DNA of 64,000 bases. It comes from Mobula hypostoma (taxonomy: Eukaryota). The position numbers were made by a program, and so were the translations under genes. Each line of letters begins with the position of its first letter. Positions within the stretch are counted from its first letter, which is position 1. This document shows positions 12,237 through 23,300 of the stretch, in pieces. A model generated the notes under the pieces. It made no database searches. It had not been told where the DNA came from and worked only from the letters and a program-made list of their open reading frames with translations. Location of the stretch: positions 5,580,001 to 5,644,000 of the forward strand of contig NC_086108.1 in NCBI RefSeq assembly GCF_963921235.1, written 5' to 3'.

Positions 12237-12341
12237 AATCACTGTGGAACTTGCAAAGGCACCACCCCGGAGAGGAGGGGGCAGATTTGGTGGAAGATTT
12301 AATTACTATCGCCCCAGAAGTGAACGAAGCAGTGGACTGAG
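12237..12341 (+). CDS. SRSF5: SRSF5-like coding exon 3 (105 nt; end of RRM1 and Gly/Arg linker)
   Basis: ITVELAKAPPRRGGGRFGGRFNYYRPRSERSSGL-R; flanked by gtctag| and |gtagag; phases fit both neighbours. Confidence 0.88.
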
Positions 12342-13083
12342 GTAGAGAACAGATAAGAATGTGGAAATGAACAGGGATGTGTAAGATTAGTGTTATTTTT
12401 AAAAGATCTTAACAAAGCATCAGATTATCCGTTCTTTCACTTGGAATTCTGTGATAAGTGAAATGACCATCGGTTTGGCACAGTCCCCTGGGTTTTGGCT
12501 TCCTTTTTTCCTAAGCCTTAATTACATCCGTACTCACTTCTGCTTTCTGTGCCAATCTTTTAATTTTGGTCACATTTGGCTATGTATTATCATCTTCGTC
12601 ATGTGTAAATCTTGCTTTTTTAAGCAACTTTTATCCTGGTTGTTTACATGTTTATAGGCTGTGCCTCAGAGCAAATTGCTCTCCATCATCAGCCTGTATT
12701 AAGTTTCATTATCTCTATATATGTTTTTTCTAGAAGCTAAGTGGAAGTTGTGTGTTTACAGAGCCAGGGGGAAAAAAAGCTGAGAGCAAGACTTGGCAAT
12801 GTGACTTGAACATTGCTTATATTTTAGCTTTCTACTTTCTCCTGTGTTTTTATTTCCATCCTCACCAAAAATGTGGGACTTCGGAAGCATGACTATCCTT
12901 TCACAGTGTTAGGTTCAGACTGGAACTCTTTGACATTATTGTACTATAGTGTCATCAAAATAAAAAGTGATCAAGGATCTTGGCTTGTACTCAACTGAGA
13001 TTCTTCAGCTAGATGCTGCTATATGGGTGCATATTGCTCCAGCTTCCTTTGTCACTTTCAAGTGATGCTTTCGCTGATTTCAG

Positions 13084-13153
13084 ATATGGACCTCCAGTTC
13101 GCACGGACTACCGCCTGATTGTGAAGAATCTCTCCTCTCGTGTTAGTTGGCAG
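13084..13153 (+). CDS. SRSF5: SRSF5-like coding exon 4 (70 nt)
   Basis: [23 protein letters not shown]; flanked by tttcag| and CAG|gtgagt. Confidence 0.93.
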
Positions 13154-14420
13154 GTGAGTGAACAAAGTTAAATAAAGCTTCAAGAATTTAACAGACTACA
13201 ATTGTTAAAATTCAATTTTTCATGGATGCCTGTGCTTAAAACACATGGGTCATAACTTCATAAATATAACCCATAGCTTCCTTTACCATTGGACCTGAGG
13301 AAACTGCGTTCATAATATGAATAATTTGTAGGAGTGAGGTCCATTGAGTTAATGGCAGCGCTAATTATTAACCTATTTACTGTATCTTGTTTCCTCAGCA
13401 AATATGGTACTATGTATTTGTGGCTTCTAGGTTTTGTTTTTTGTTCTCTCAACTCATTGCATGGATAATTTTCCTGGATCGTAGGCAGGTACTTGTCGTT
13501 TATCAACGAAGGGTGAGCAGTTTGCTCTGAGGTGTTACTGCCACTGCCATCATCATCAAATTAAGTGGCTTACGAGATGACTGTCAATAAAATGTTGCTC
13601 TCTGGAAATGGTGCAGAATGAGCTTCAGTCCACCTTGCTACAACGGGTTAGTCTAAATTGACCTTGAAGGTTCATGACCAAATAAAGCACTTGTTGTCAG
13701 TAGAGCTTTTGGTCCATTGCGTAACTACATTGTGCACACATCCATCCATTCTTCCAATCAGTTACTTACACACAGCTTTAATACTCTTATCTCCCATTAG
13801 TTGTCTGTCGTCTTTGGTTGGGGGGGGGATGGGGAGCCTAATGGGTGAGATTTTATTGGAGAGGTTTCTAGGGAGGGAATAATAGGTTGAGAATGTGGTT
13901 TATAGGGAGATTTGCTTTACAATTCCCCAGTTTTTTTGACCCAGGCCATCATTGTTCCAATCTACTTGAATTGCATGTTAATGCTTCTGTACCTTGGCCA
14001 GAAGGTCTTGTTCGATATTAATTACTACAGAGGCAAATGCTTCCTCGCATTATTTTGTGCTGGTGCTTGGTCACCTTGCCTGTCCTTCCCTCTTCCCGTT
14101 GTGTATGTTGAATGTTACCAGGTGGACAATCCCTTTTTGTAACATTAACCCACAGACATTCACAAGTAATACTGCATGATATATATTGGGTTATTTTTGT
14201 GAAAATATGATCTAGGGAAGCTCAGTTTTTATGAAATCTAATGGTATTCTGCTCAAATTTTTTTAAATGACTACCCATTAAATTTCTGATTTTTTTTAAA
14301 TTTTAACTTCTCCAGTTTTACTCCTATTTAACTGTGATAATTGTACACTGTATAAATCTGATGGCTTAATATTGTTGGCAATTAATGACCACTTGACTAA
14401 ATTTGAAAACCTTTGTTTAG

Positions 14421-14830
14421 CAGCTTGTCGTGAGGTCATTGGCATTTTGACCAGGAGTTCCCTTTACTCGTGTTGTCGCGTCCTGTATCTGGAAAAGTCC
14501 CGTGTTGACTAATTTGCCAGTCGGCTCCCACGATTATTCAGGCAGCTGGACGCGGGTTCTGGGTTGTACTGATCCTAGGGTCACCGATGGCGTCGACACC
14601 TGTCGCATTCCCAGTCCTGGTGTAAGGAAAATAACACGTGTCGATCTCGCTCGGAGGCTTGTCAGGAGATTGACTTAAGGTGGCCGAGCCTTCACCCAAC
14701 CCATGATTATTGGTGGCACTTACCCAGGGTGGCAGGCACATTCGGTGCCACTGAGGGAGGGCCATGCCCCAAGAAGCTGTGTCGAGAGGGTATTGTATTG
14801 AGTGGGTGCACCCTTTGCTTAGATACTTCA
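14421..14830 (+). other. Candidate unproductive (poison) exon or alternative 3' splice region in the SRSF5-like SWQ|DLKD intron
   Basis: ctttgtttag|cag| tandem acceptor with TGACTAAAT just upstream; in-frame TGA at 14448-14450; 20 CpGs in 14421-14790 against AT-rich flanks. The 3' boundary is uncertain. Confidence 0.55.
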
Positions 14831-15621
14831 TGTAGGTCTTGGATGGTTGCCTAAAATTGTAAATGTCTGGGTAACCTAGGGCTAATTTAATATTTTTATT
14901 AATGTGTGGAATGGGGATGTCATGATATCGAACACAAGGTTTCTTTCCCCTTCAGTGATCTATAATTCCATAGGTCCCATGAGGATCATCTTGTGCATTA
15001 TTGATTCAGTGACTTCTTGAATGAAGCTACGGGTGGCAGTCGAGCAATCAAAGTGCCCAGTGTTGGGTGGAGGCAAGAATAACATTGAAATTACCATTGT
15101 TCCATTCTCCCTACCCTTGACCAAAATCTGCATCTAAAGCGGAGGGAAACAGCTGTTTTTTTTTAAATAGTCTCTAAGTTGAAGGAATGATTCTTGAACC
15201 CAACCTCTTATCAGCATGACTGATAAATTCTCATCAATTTGAGCTGTTACCAACCAAATTTTTCCCCTCACATGGTTGAGCACCATTTGACGGAAGCCTG
15301 ATTACTTAGGCATCTCGTATATTGAAGATAGTAGTTTTAAGTATTGATCAGGTTATTACAGGAGCTTTGAAGCACCAATTCTTAATCTAGAAATGCATTT
15401 GTTCCATAGCATGTTAATTGTTTTTAGCATTCCTTAACTTTGTGCTGTGGAGGAGGGAGGTTTTGACCAGTAAAGTATAGACATTCAGCTGTACCATAAG
15501 CAATCCACATCTGCAGGGGCTCATAGCATGACATCCCAATTCTGAGGCAATTAACTGGTGGTTATTTGTGTTGTGTGTTTGTTCCTGTGTGAATTCCATT
15601 AAGGGTTTTTCCTGTTTGTAG

Positions 15622-15695
15622 GATCTCAAGGACATCATGCGACAGGCAGGTGAAGTGACTTTCACTGATGCTCATAGGGTTCACAATAATGAAGG
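15622..15695 (+). CDS. SRSF5: SRSF5-like coding exon 5 (74 nt; pseudo-RRM2)
   Basis: DLKDIMRQAGEVTFTDAHRVHNNE-G completes the SWQDLKD motif; flanked by tgtag| and |gtaaga. Confidence 0.93.
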
Positions 15696-17072
15696 GTAAG
15701 AGAATGCAATCTTCCCACTCAGTTATTAACATGAAGTTCAAACTAGCTGGTGCATTGCATATTTAACAGATTAATTGTACACCAGAGGTGCTAGCCCTCC
15801 CTGGACACCCCACACACCCTAAGACAGGCATGTCCCTATCTTAGTGGTACGTGGCTGCTATCTCACGTAGGGCTTGGCGCGTCCATTCCAGGGCAGCTCA
15901 TCTTGGGTCCCCACCAGATACTCAACTCACCTGTGACTTCAAGTAGCTGTTTGTATGCAGCAGCGGCCATGCCCCAGCACACCACTTCGACAGGCGCATT
16001 AAACCAGATGAGGGTAGCCGGTGGGCCTCATAACTGGTCAGCTCTGGGGGACTGGACAGATAAGATGTACGGTGAGATCCAGCGGCCATGAAGGTGGTGT
16101 TGAGTTGCTTCATGGAGAACAAAGGGCAAGACAAGGCACAAAATGTCATGGTCATCCAAGGCAACCAAGGAAGACCTCTGATTGTAACGATTGTATGTGT
16201 CACTGGTGTTGGACTTACAAGGTTGAGAGTGGAATTACCCTAGGGCGGTAGCTTTTGCACTTTAAAAACTCAGGATTCCTGTCATCATTGGACACGGTGG
16301 GCAACCAGCAAATATACACCATTTCTAGCATACCTAAATGAAGTCGTTTTAATTTCCCTTGAAATGCTGTTTGTCTTGGGCAGAAGAGGTGAAACAGTTG
16401 GAATTTGCTGCTGAGGGAGTCCACAGTGTTGGTTGTAGTTTCTAGTTGGACTAAAGTTGTGAGTTGAAATGTAGGTGATGCTTCACCTTGGTATTATGAA
16501 GAGCATAAAATTTGCCACCGGGTCTCAGAAGATTTGGCTCAACTTCATTTTTACGTAGGATCTTGGAATCATGGCTGCAAGTGCAATTTGAACACCAAGA
16601 CGAAACCTGAAATCAAAAATTTAATTCTTGTACACCTGGCAGCTTGCATGTTTGGATGACTAAAGGAAGCTGTGGACTCTGCATTGAAGTCTTAGAGCAG
16701 GAAAATAATCCTATTCTTTGGACAAACTCTGCTGGTTTTTTGGAAGAGTGGAGAGATTTCAGCATGTACTTCAGGAAAGGATGGGCACACACTTGGAAAG
16801 AGGGGTGTATAGATTTACTATTTAATGTGGTATATTCTTCAGCTATGTTGCCAGTGCACTGCCAGCTCTACCTCAGATCAGACCAGGAAGTGGCTATCTG
16901 TGCAGACATTTTTTTTTGCTTGGCCATTTCAAAACTAAAATCTGCTCAATTGTGATTTGCATGCTAGTTTTAATTGCTAATAAGTAACCTTGGAAATCGT
17001 TCTTGTCGTCGTACATTTTTTGGTCTTGTAGAATCATCTGTTCCTGACTCATGATTTTTGTCTTTGCTGTAG

Positions 17073-17183
17073 CATTGTGGAGTTCGCTTCTTACAGTGAT
17101 TTGAAAAATGCGATTGATAAGCTGGATGGAAAAGAGATCAGTGGGCGAAGGGTCCAATTAATTGAAGAGCCACGGCGTCACAG
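17073..17183 (+). CDS. SRSF5: SRSF5-like coding exon 6 (111 nt)
   Basis: [37 protein letters not shown]; flanked by tgtag| and |gtaact. Confidence 0.93.
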
Positions 17184-17817
17184 GTAACTAGCACAGATTG
17201 TGGACTTGAATTCTTAATTGGGAGTGCCGGAGGATGAGATGAAGGAAATTTATGGGTTTGAAATCTTTCATTTGCTGTTTAATTCTAAAATGGATTAAAT
17301 AAATGCAAGCTTGGGGTTGTTATTTGCATGCAATTCAAAAGTGCACAGATCTCTAGCTTGTACCTGCTGGAATCGATCTGAAACAAGTGGAGAGACCCAA
17401 AGAGGAGTAAGTGTTGTCAATGCTGGTGCAGCCTCTAATCCAACCTGGGGTCCATGAACCCATTGCTTAATGGTACTGGTCCATGGCATCAAAAAGGTTG
17501 GGAACCTCTGTTCTAATCTGAGCAAACTTCCATGTTTTAATTTATTCTCCACCAGTTTAGATTTTGGGCTTTTTCAAAATGTTTTTAGCCCATTCATATA
17601 CTAGCTTTGATCAATGCAAATAGAGTCTAGCATGCTTCTAACACCAGGACTGGAAAATGTGATGTCATCAAAGTTACACTCCTGCACTTTGTCCTAACTA
17701 CTATTTATGCCTCATACTTGCATGTATTTTGCTTCACTTTTGTAATTGAGGTAGTATGACTTAGTTGAGGGTGAGCTAGTAACCACTGCATGGAAGAAAA
17801 CTCTAGAATGATTGAAT

Positions 17818-17906
17818 GACCCATACAAAATGCCGGAGGAACTCGGCAGGCCAGGTAGCATCTAGGAAACGAGCACAGTTGACATTTTGGCCCAAGACCC
17901 TTCGGC
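17818..17906 (-). mobile_element. 89-bp Penelope-end insertion next to the last SRSF5-like acceptor
   Basis: TSD agaatgattgaat at 17805-17817 and 17907-17919; family sequence caaaatgccggaggaactcggcaggccagg. Confidence 0.75.
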
Positions 17907-17938
17907 AGAATGATTGAATTTTGGATTTGTCTTTCCAG

Positions 17939-18236
17939 ATCTTGGACGAGATCTCGTTCCAGAAGCTCTTCAAGATCCCGTAGCTACAAGGGTTCCAGAA
18001 GCGCTTCCAGATCTGCAAGCCGTTCGCCAAGCCGTAGCAGGTCTCGCTCTCGTAGCAGATCAGCTACTCGTGATTCCAAGCGGCAGAGAAATGAATCTCG
18101 CTCCCCAAGCCGCTCGCCAGACGTTAAGCGCCGCAGGAAGCCAAGCCAGTCAAGATCACGGTCAAATTCTCCCGGTAAATCGGCCCGTTCCTGGTCTGGT
18201 TCTCGGGAGCAATCTCCTGTCAACAGTGCAGAATAA
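17939..18236 (+). CDS. SRSF5: SRSF5-like last coding exon (RS domain, TAA stop)
   Basis: SWTRSRSRSSSRSRSYKGSRS...SPVNSAE*; acceptor tttccag|. The seven coding exons total 855 nt, i.e. 284 aa plus stop. Confidence 0.92.
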
Positions 18237-19880
18237 ACTGTGTTGTGGAATTGTTTTTATAATTTGCTAAAAGATTTTCTATGAAATGTTAGCCTCGTCA
18301 TTTTTTTTCTGTCTGTTGCTGGGTTTGGGATTTAAGTACTTCAATTTTATTTCATGCAAACGCTTTGAACCTTATAATCCCATTCAGTATAAATTTCTGG
18401 TTTCAAGTCATGTGTTAGAATAATTTAAGAATTGATCCATCATTTGTTTAGTACTGTTAAACATTGCTGTACTGGTGGGCCCATTAGACTAGTCTGAGGG
18501 CTTCAGTCAGTCCACATTCTGATACTGAGAGTTGAGCATTTTAAAAATCAGTGTCTGGACAGATTGTTCTTTCTTAGCACTTGCATGAACACAGTTTTGA
18601 ATTTTAAAATAGAGAATGTGACAGACTTGAATTTGGTTGACTTTGCCCCCTGTTGTAGAACATAAAATAGAGGTTTGTAGTTTGGTGCCCCAACTAATTG
18701 GCCAGTCTGAAAGGTTTAATTCAAAGGAAATAGGTTGATATATTTTTAAGTGTGCTTCCTATCATTGTGACAACTGCTCAAGACCAAAAGTATTTTAACT
18801 CCCATTGTGCATCTTAAACCAGATCAAGATGCTGTTTCACATGTCAAGACTTTGCTTTGTAGAAATTGGCTGAAGCTTGGCCTTCAAGTGGAAGATAAAA
18901 TAGTCAATGCTTATTAGAAGCCTTTGAAGTTGGGTCATTTCCTCTTATTTTGAGTTGCTATTGGTCCCAAGACAGACTTTTCTTCTTAAACCTTGATTTA
19001 TTTTTTCCCCTCTCTACTAATGGATTAGTGCTGTTGGATTTCAGTAGCACACTTACATCCGGCCTTTAGGGAACTCTGCCCTGCTTGCACTTGTGATTTG
19101 CATTTAATTTGAAGCCTTGGTTTATGGATGCAGAGTAGATTAGGTTTTCTTACCTGCTGAGTTAAAGCAGCCTGAGGAGCGTATGTCCTGATCGTGTGGA
19201 CGGATGGCAGATGCCAGAGGAAAGCAGGGAAAATGTATATATAGCTTTGGTTCGCATGTTAATAGTTCATGCTTTATTTGGTTCTTTTCACATTGTTTTA
19301 AAGTATATATAAAGTTATATTTAACTTGACCCATCCTCTAACTATTTGTTAGAGAACCAACTTGGAATGTTGCTCTGTATTGGAACTGAACTTGAAGGAG
19401 CAATGTACACCAATTTAAATGTTTGTACTTAACAATTTTATACAAAAACTATAAATCTCAATGTTCCATGTAACCTTACTGTAATCTGCTAGTTTATAGT
19501 CGATCGTGTACCACATAAGGCTGTGTATTGCTATCATTCCTTGCAGCAAGAAATGGTACTGCATTAAAAAAAAGTTACCAGTGACCTTTTCAGCTTGTTT
19601 GTTTATAGAGCTGTTTTTCCCACTGGAGTGAAGTTTCAGTTGAAAATTTCCAAAATTGCTTCTTGCTTGAAGATGACATCAGCCTCGGGCTGTAGCACTA
19701 AAACTGTATGCTGCCAGTGTCATTGTCCCAGGCAGCTAGTGATAGGGGCATTACTGAATGAGATGTTTCTCCTGAGGTTGGGTTCTAAATATATTGAAAA
19801 ATTGTTTTTTCTCCTCTGTAGTTGACTTGGCACTAACCTCTGCTTTGAGCTGTCCATTTGTTCAAAAGGCAGTGCAGAAT

Positions 19881-19905
19881 AATAAATTAAGTGAATCCCA
19901 TTAAA
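19881..19905 (+). terminator. Likely distal poly(A) signal(s) of the SRSF5-like 3' UTR
   Basis: AATAAA at 19881-19886 and ATTAAA at 19900-19905, with a TGTA cluster upstream (about 19375-19530) and GT-rich sequence downstream. Repeats resume at about 20000. Confidence 0.5.
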
Positions 19906-22900
19906 ACAGATTGATTTGTGCTTCATGTCTGTCAGTGTTCACTCAGATGAGTAAATTTCCCAGCCATTTTAATGGAGACTGCATTGCAGTCAGGTAATTT
20001 GTCACTTGTACATTGATACAACAACAACAAGCACAGTCTTAAGGAAGTGTCACCATGCTTTTGGTATACAACTTCCTAACCTCAACCCCTACATCTTGCA
20101 GCACCTGGAAAAGCCCACATGGTCATGGGGAGAATAAACAAGCCCCTTAGTGACAGCAATGGGAATTGAACCCAAACTTTCCAATTGCGGGCACTCTCTC
20201 AAGTGTAATGTTAACAATTTTGTTACCCTTCCACCATATTTGTCACCAACAAGCTGTTTAGACTCTCACACATTCTGCTGAGTTCATCTGGGTTATATTT
20301 TCCTCTGGCTCATCCAGTCCTTGTCTGTTTAGTACTGACTGATGCTGTTTTCTCATTCTGAAGAATCAGACCCCAGCAGAGGTCTTGGCTTCATCTGCCC
20401 TAAGTTCCCTGCATAATGAATTCTCAGCCCAACACATCAAATTCTTTGCAACACAAAATGCTGGAGGAAGTCAATAGGCCTGGCAGCATCTATGGAAAAG
20501 AGTAAGTAGTAGATGTTTCAGGCGGAGACCCTTCATCAGGCTCTGAATTACAGCATCAGCAGATTTTCTTGTGATTGATACTGAATTTTTATACTGCCAT
20601 CACCTCTTTATCTATATGTCTCCAGAATGATCCAACTGGTTTCCTTGATCTATTAATCACTGGCTACTGACAAACCATTGCCCCTCTCTAATTCCATTTT
20701 ACCACATGGACACAACCGGCCTTGCCAAGTAAAGCAGTGAAGGTGATGTGCCTTCCTTACACTGGAGAACAAACTGAAATTGGATGATCATGTCATGGAA
20801 TATTTCCATTACTCTGCAAGAACGGGCACCTATTGTGTTAAATCTCCATCCAACTCTGACCTCCATCTTCCTGTGGTACTGTAGCGATTAGCACAATGCT
20901 ATTACAGCTTGGAGTGCAGGGTTCAGAGTTCAATTCCAGTGCCCTATAAAAGGATTTTATACATTTTCTTCGTGGGTTTCCTCCCGCAGTCCAAAGATAA
21001 CAAGTTAATAGTTCAGTGAAAACTCTTGTGATTAGGCCAAGGTTAAAATGTATCTCTAAATATGGTTTAAGGAACAGCACCTCATACAATTCTTTCTTCA
21101 TAATTGCACATTTTTAGGCTGTGGTGTACAATCTTAATTTTGGGTATCTGCCTTTCTCCATTTGGATGTAACTTTTTACATTTTTTTCCACATTCTGTCT
21201 ACTGCTTGTCTTTAATGTACTTCATAATTTCAGTCTGTTCTTATTTGCATCCCCTCTATTTTCTGCAACTTGAAACACGCTTGTATTCTTTTCCAGCTCT
21301 AATGAAAGGTCCTTGATCTGAAACAGTGACCTTGCCCATGGCTGCTACTTGATTCTTCCAGCATTTGCAGTCTTCTGTCTCCTATCAGGTTCCTCCTCCT
21401 CCAGCATTTTGCCTTTCCACCTATCACCTCCCAGCTTCTACATACTCCTCCCACCCACCTGGCTTTAGCTGCTTACCCCCACACCTTATTCTGGCATCTT
21501 CTCCCCCTTTCAGTCGTGATAGGATCTTGGCCCTGAACATTGACTCATTTCCATAGATGCTGCCTGACCTACTGAGGTCCTCTAGCATTTTGTGTGTTGC
21601 ATTGGATGAACTAGATTTGTAACCATTAGAGAAGGTGAAACATCTTTTGGTCTTCAGCTGGAGGTTTATTCTAGAATCCTGGAATCGCTGTGTAGCTCCA
21701 CTTCGAACAAAATTACTCTTCAGAACATATAGAACACTACAGCACAGGGCATGCCTTTCAGCCCACAATGTGCCAAACCTAAAAAATCAAATCAAAAACA
21801 CCAACACTAATCTTTCCCACCTACACAATGTCCATATCCCTCCATCTTCCTTACATTGATGTGCCTCTCTAAACGTCTCTTAAAAGTCTCTAAAGTATTT
21901 GCCTCTACCACCACACCAGATGGCGCATTCCAGGCATCAATGAGTCTGAGTAAAAAACTTAACCCCCACATCCCCCTTGAACCTATCCCTCTCACCTTCA
22001 ATGCATAGCCTCTGGTATTAGACACTTCTCTGGTGGAAAAAAGATACTCCATGCCTGTCATAATCTTATAAACCACTATCAGATCTCCCCTCAGCCTCCA
22101 ATGCTCCGGAGAAAATCAAAAGTTTATCCAGCCTCTCATGATAACCAGACATTATCCCAGTAAATCTCTTCTGCACCTTCTCCAAAGCCTCACCATCCTT
22201 CCTATAGTGGGGTAACCAGAACCCTTATCCTGAGAGCCTTTTGAGTATTTTAATAACATGTAAATGCGTACTTAGTAAGTGTGGAAGTAAGGCAATCACT
22301 TGTTCTCTTAAATCAAGCTGTTCCAGCCTTTTTTATACCATAGACCAACACCATCAAGCAAGGGGTCTCTGGACTCCAGGTTGGGAACGTTTGCCCTAAG
22401 GGTTGTCTATTGATGGGTCCTCAGGTGGCTGTAGAGGCTAATCTGGGATCCACATTCTGATGCAGTGTGGGAAAGAGTAAGATGGTAGTTTTTCCCATAT
22501 ACACTCACATAGAAATGCAGGACAGAGGTCACAGATCAGCTGCAATCTTATTAATGGCTCAACAGGCTTGAGTGACCTACTCTTGCTCCTAGTCAGGAAT
22601 CAGGCTGCTTAGCTGGAAATTTACATGTGAAATAAAGATGTGGAACAGGCCATTCTGCCCACAGTGTTGTGCTGAACCAGCTAAAAAGCAAATCAAAAAC
22701 ATCCAAACACTAATCCCTCCATGTCCATATCTCTCCCATCTTCCATACATCCATATGACCATCCAAGCATCTCTTAAATCCAGTGCATTCAGGCAACCAC
22801 CATTCTCTAAGTAAAATACTTACCCCTCAAATTCCCCCTTGAACTTAGCACCCCTCTCACCTTCAATGCATTCCCTCTGGTATTAGACATTGCTACCCTG

Positions 22901-23215
22901 GGAAACAGATACTCTCTGACACTGTATGATCTTGTTAAACCTTTTTATCTGTTCTCCTTTCAGCCTCCAGTCCTCCAAAGGAAACAACCCAAGTTTGTCC
23001 AGCCTCTCATGATAGCATATGCCCTCGAAACCAGGCGGCATCCTGGTACACCTCATCCGCACCCTCTCCAAAGCCTCAGCATCCTTCCTATACTGGGGTG
23101 ATCAATACTCTCATCCCGAGAATTTTTGAGTATTTTAGTAACAGAAGTAAATGTGAGCTTTATAATTGTGGCAGTAGTGCAATTAGTCAAGTGGAGTAAA
23201 TTGTTCTCCTAAAGC

Positions 23216-23300
23216 AAGGGTTCCCAACCTTTTTTATGTCATGGACCAATGCTAACACTATTAAGCAAGGGGTCTCTGGCCCCCAGGTTGGGAAGCCCTG
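23216..23300. mobile_element. Short hAT-type MITE (other copies at about 2543-2608, 17440-17510, 22312-22395 and 34041-34105)
   Basis: ca(a/g)gggttcccaacc ... ggttgggaa(g)ccctg termini; imperfect 8-bp flanks at the 34041 copy (atctaggc / gtccaggc). Confidence 0.6.
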
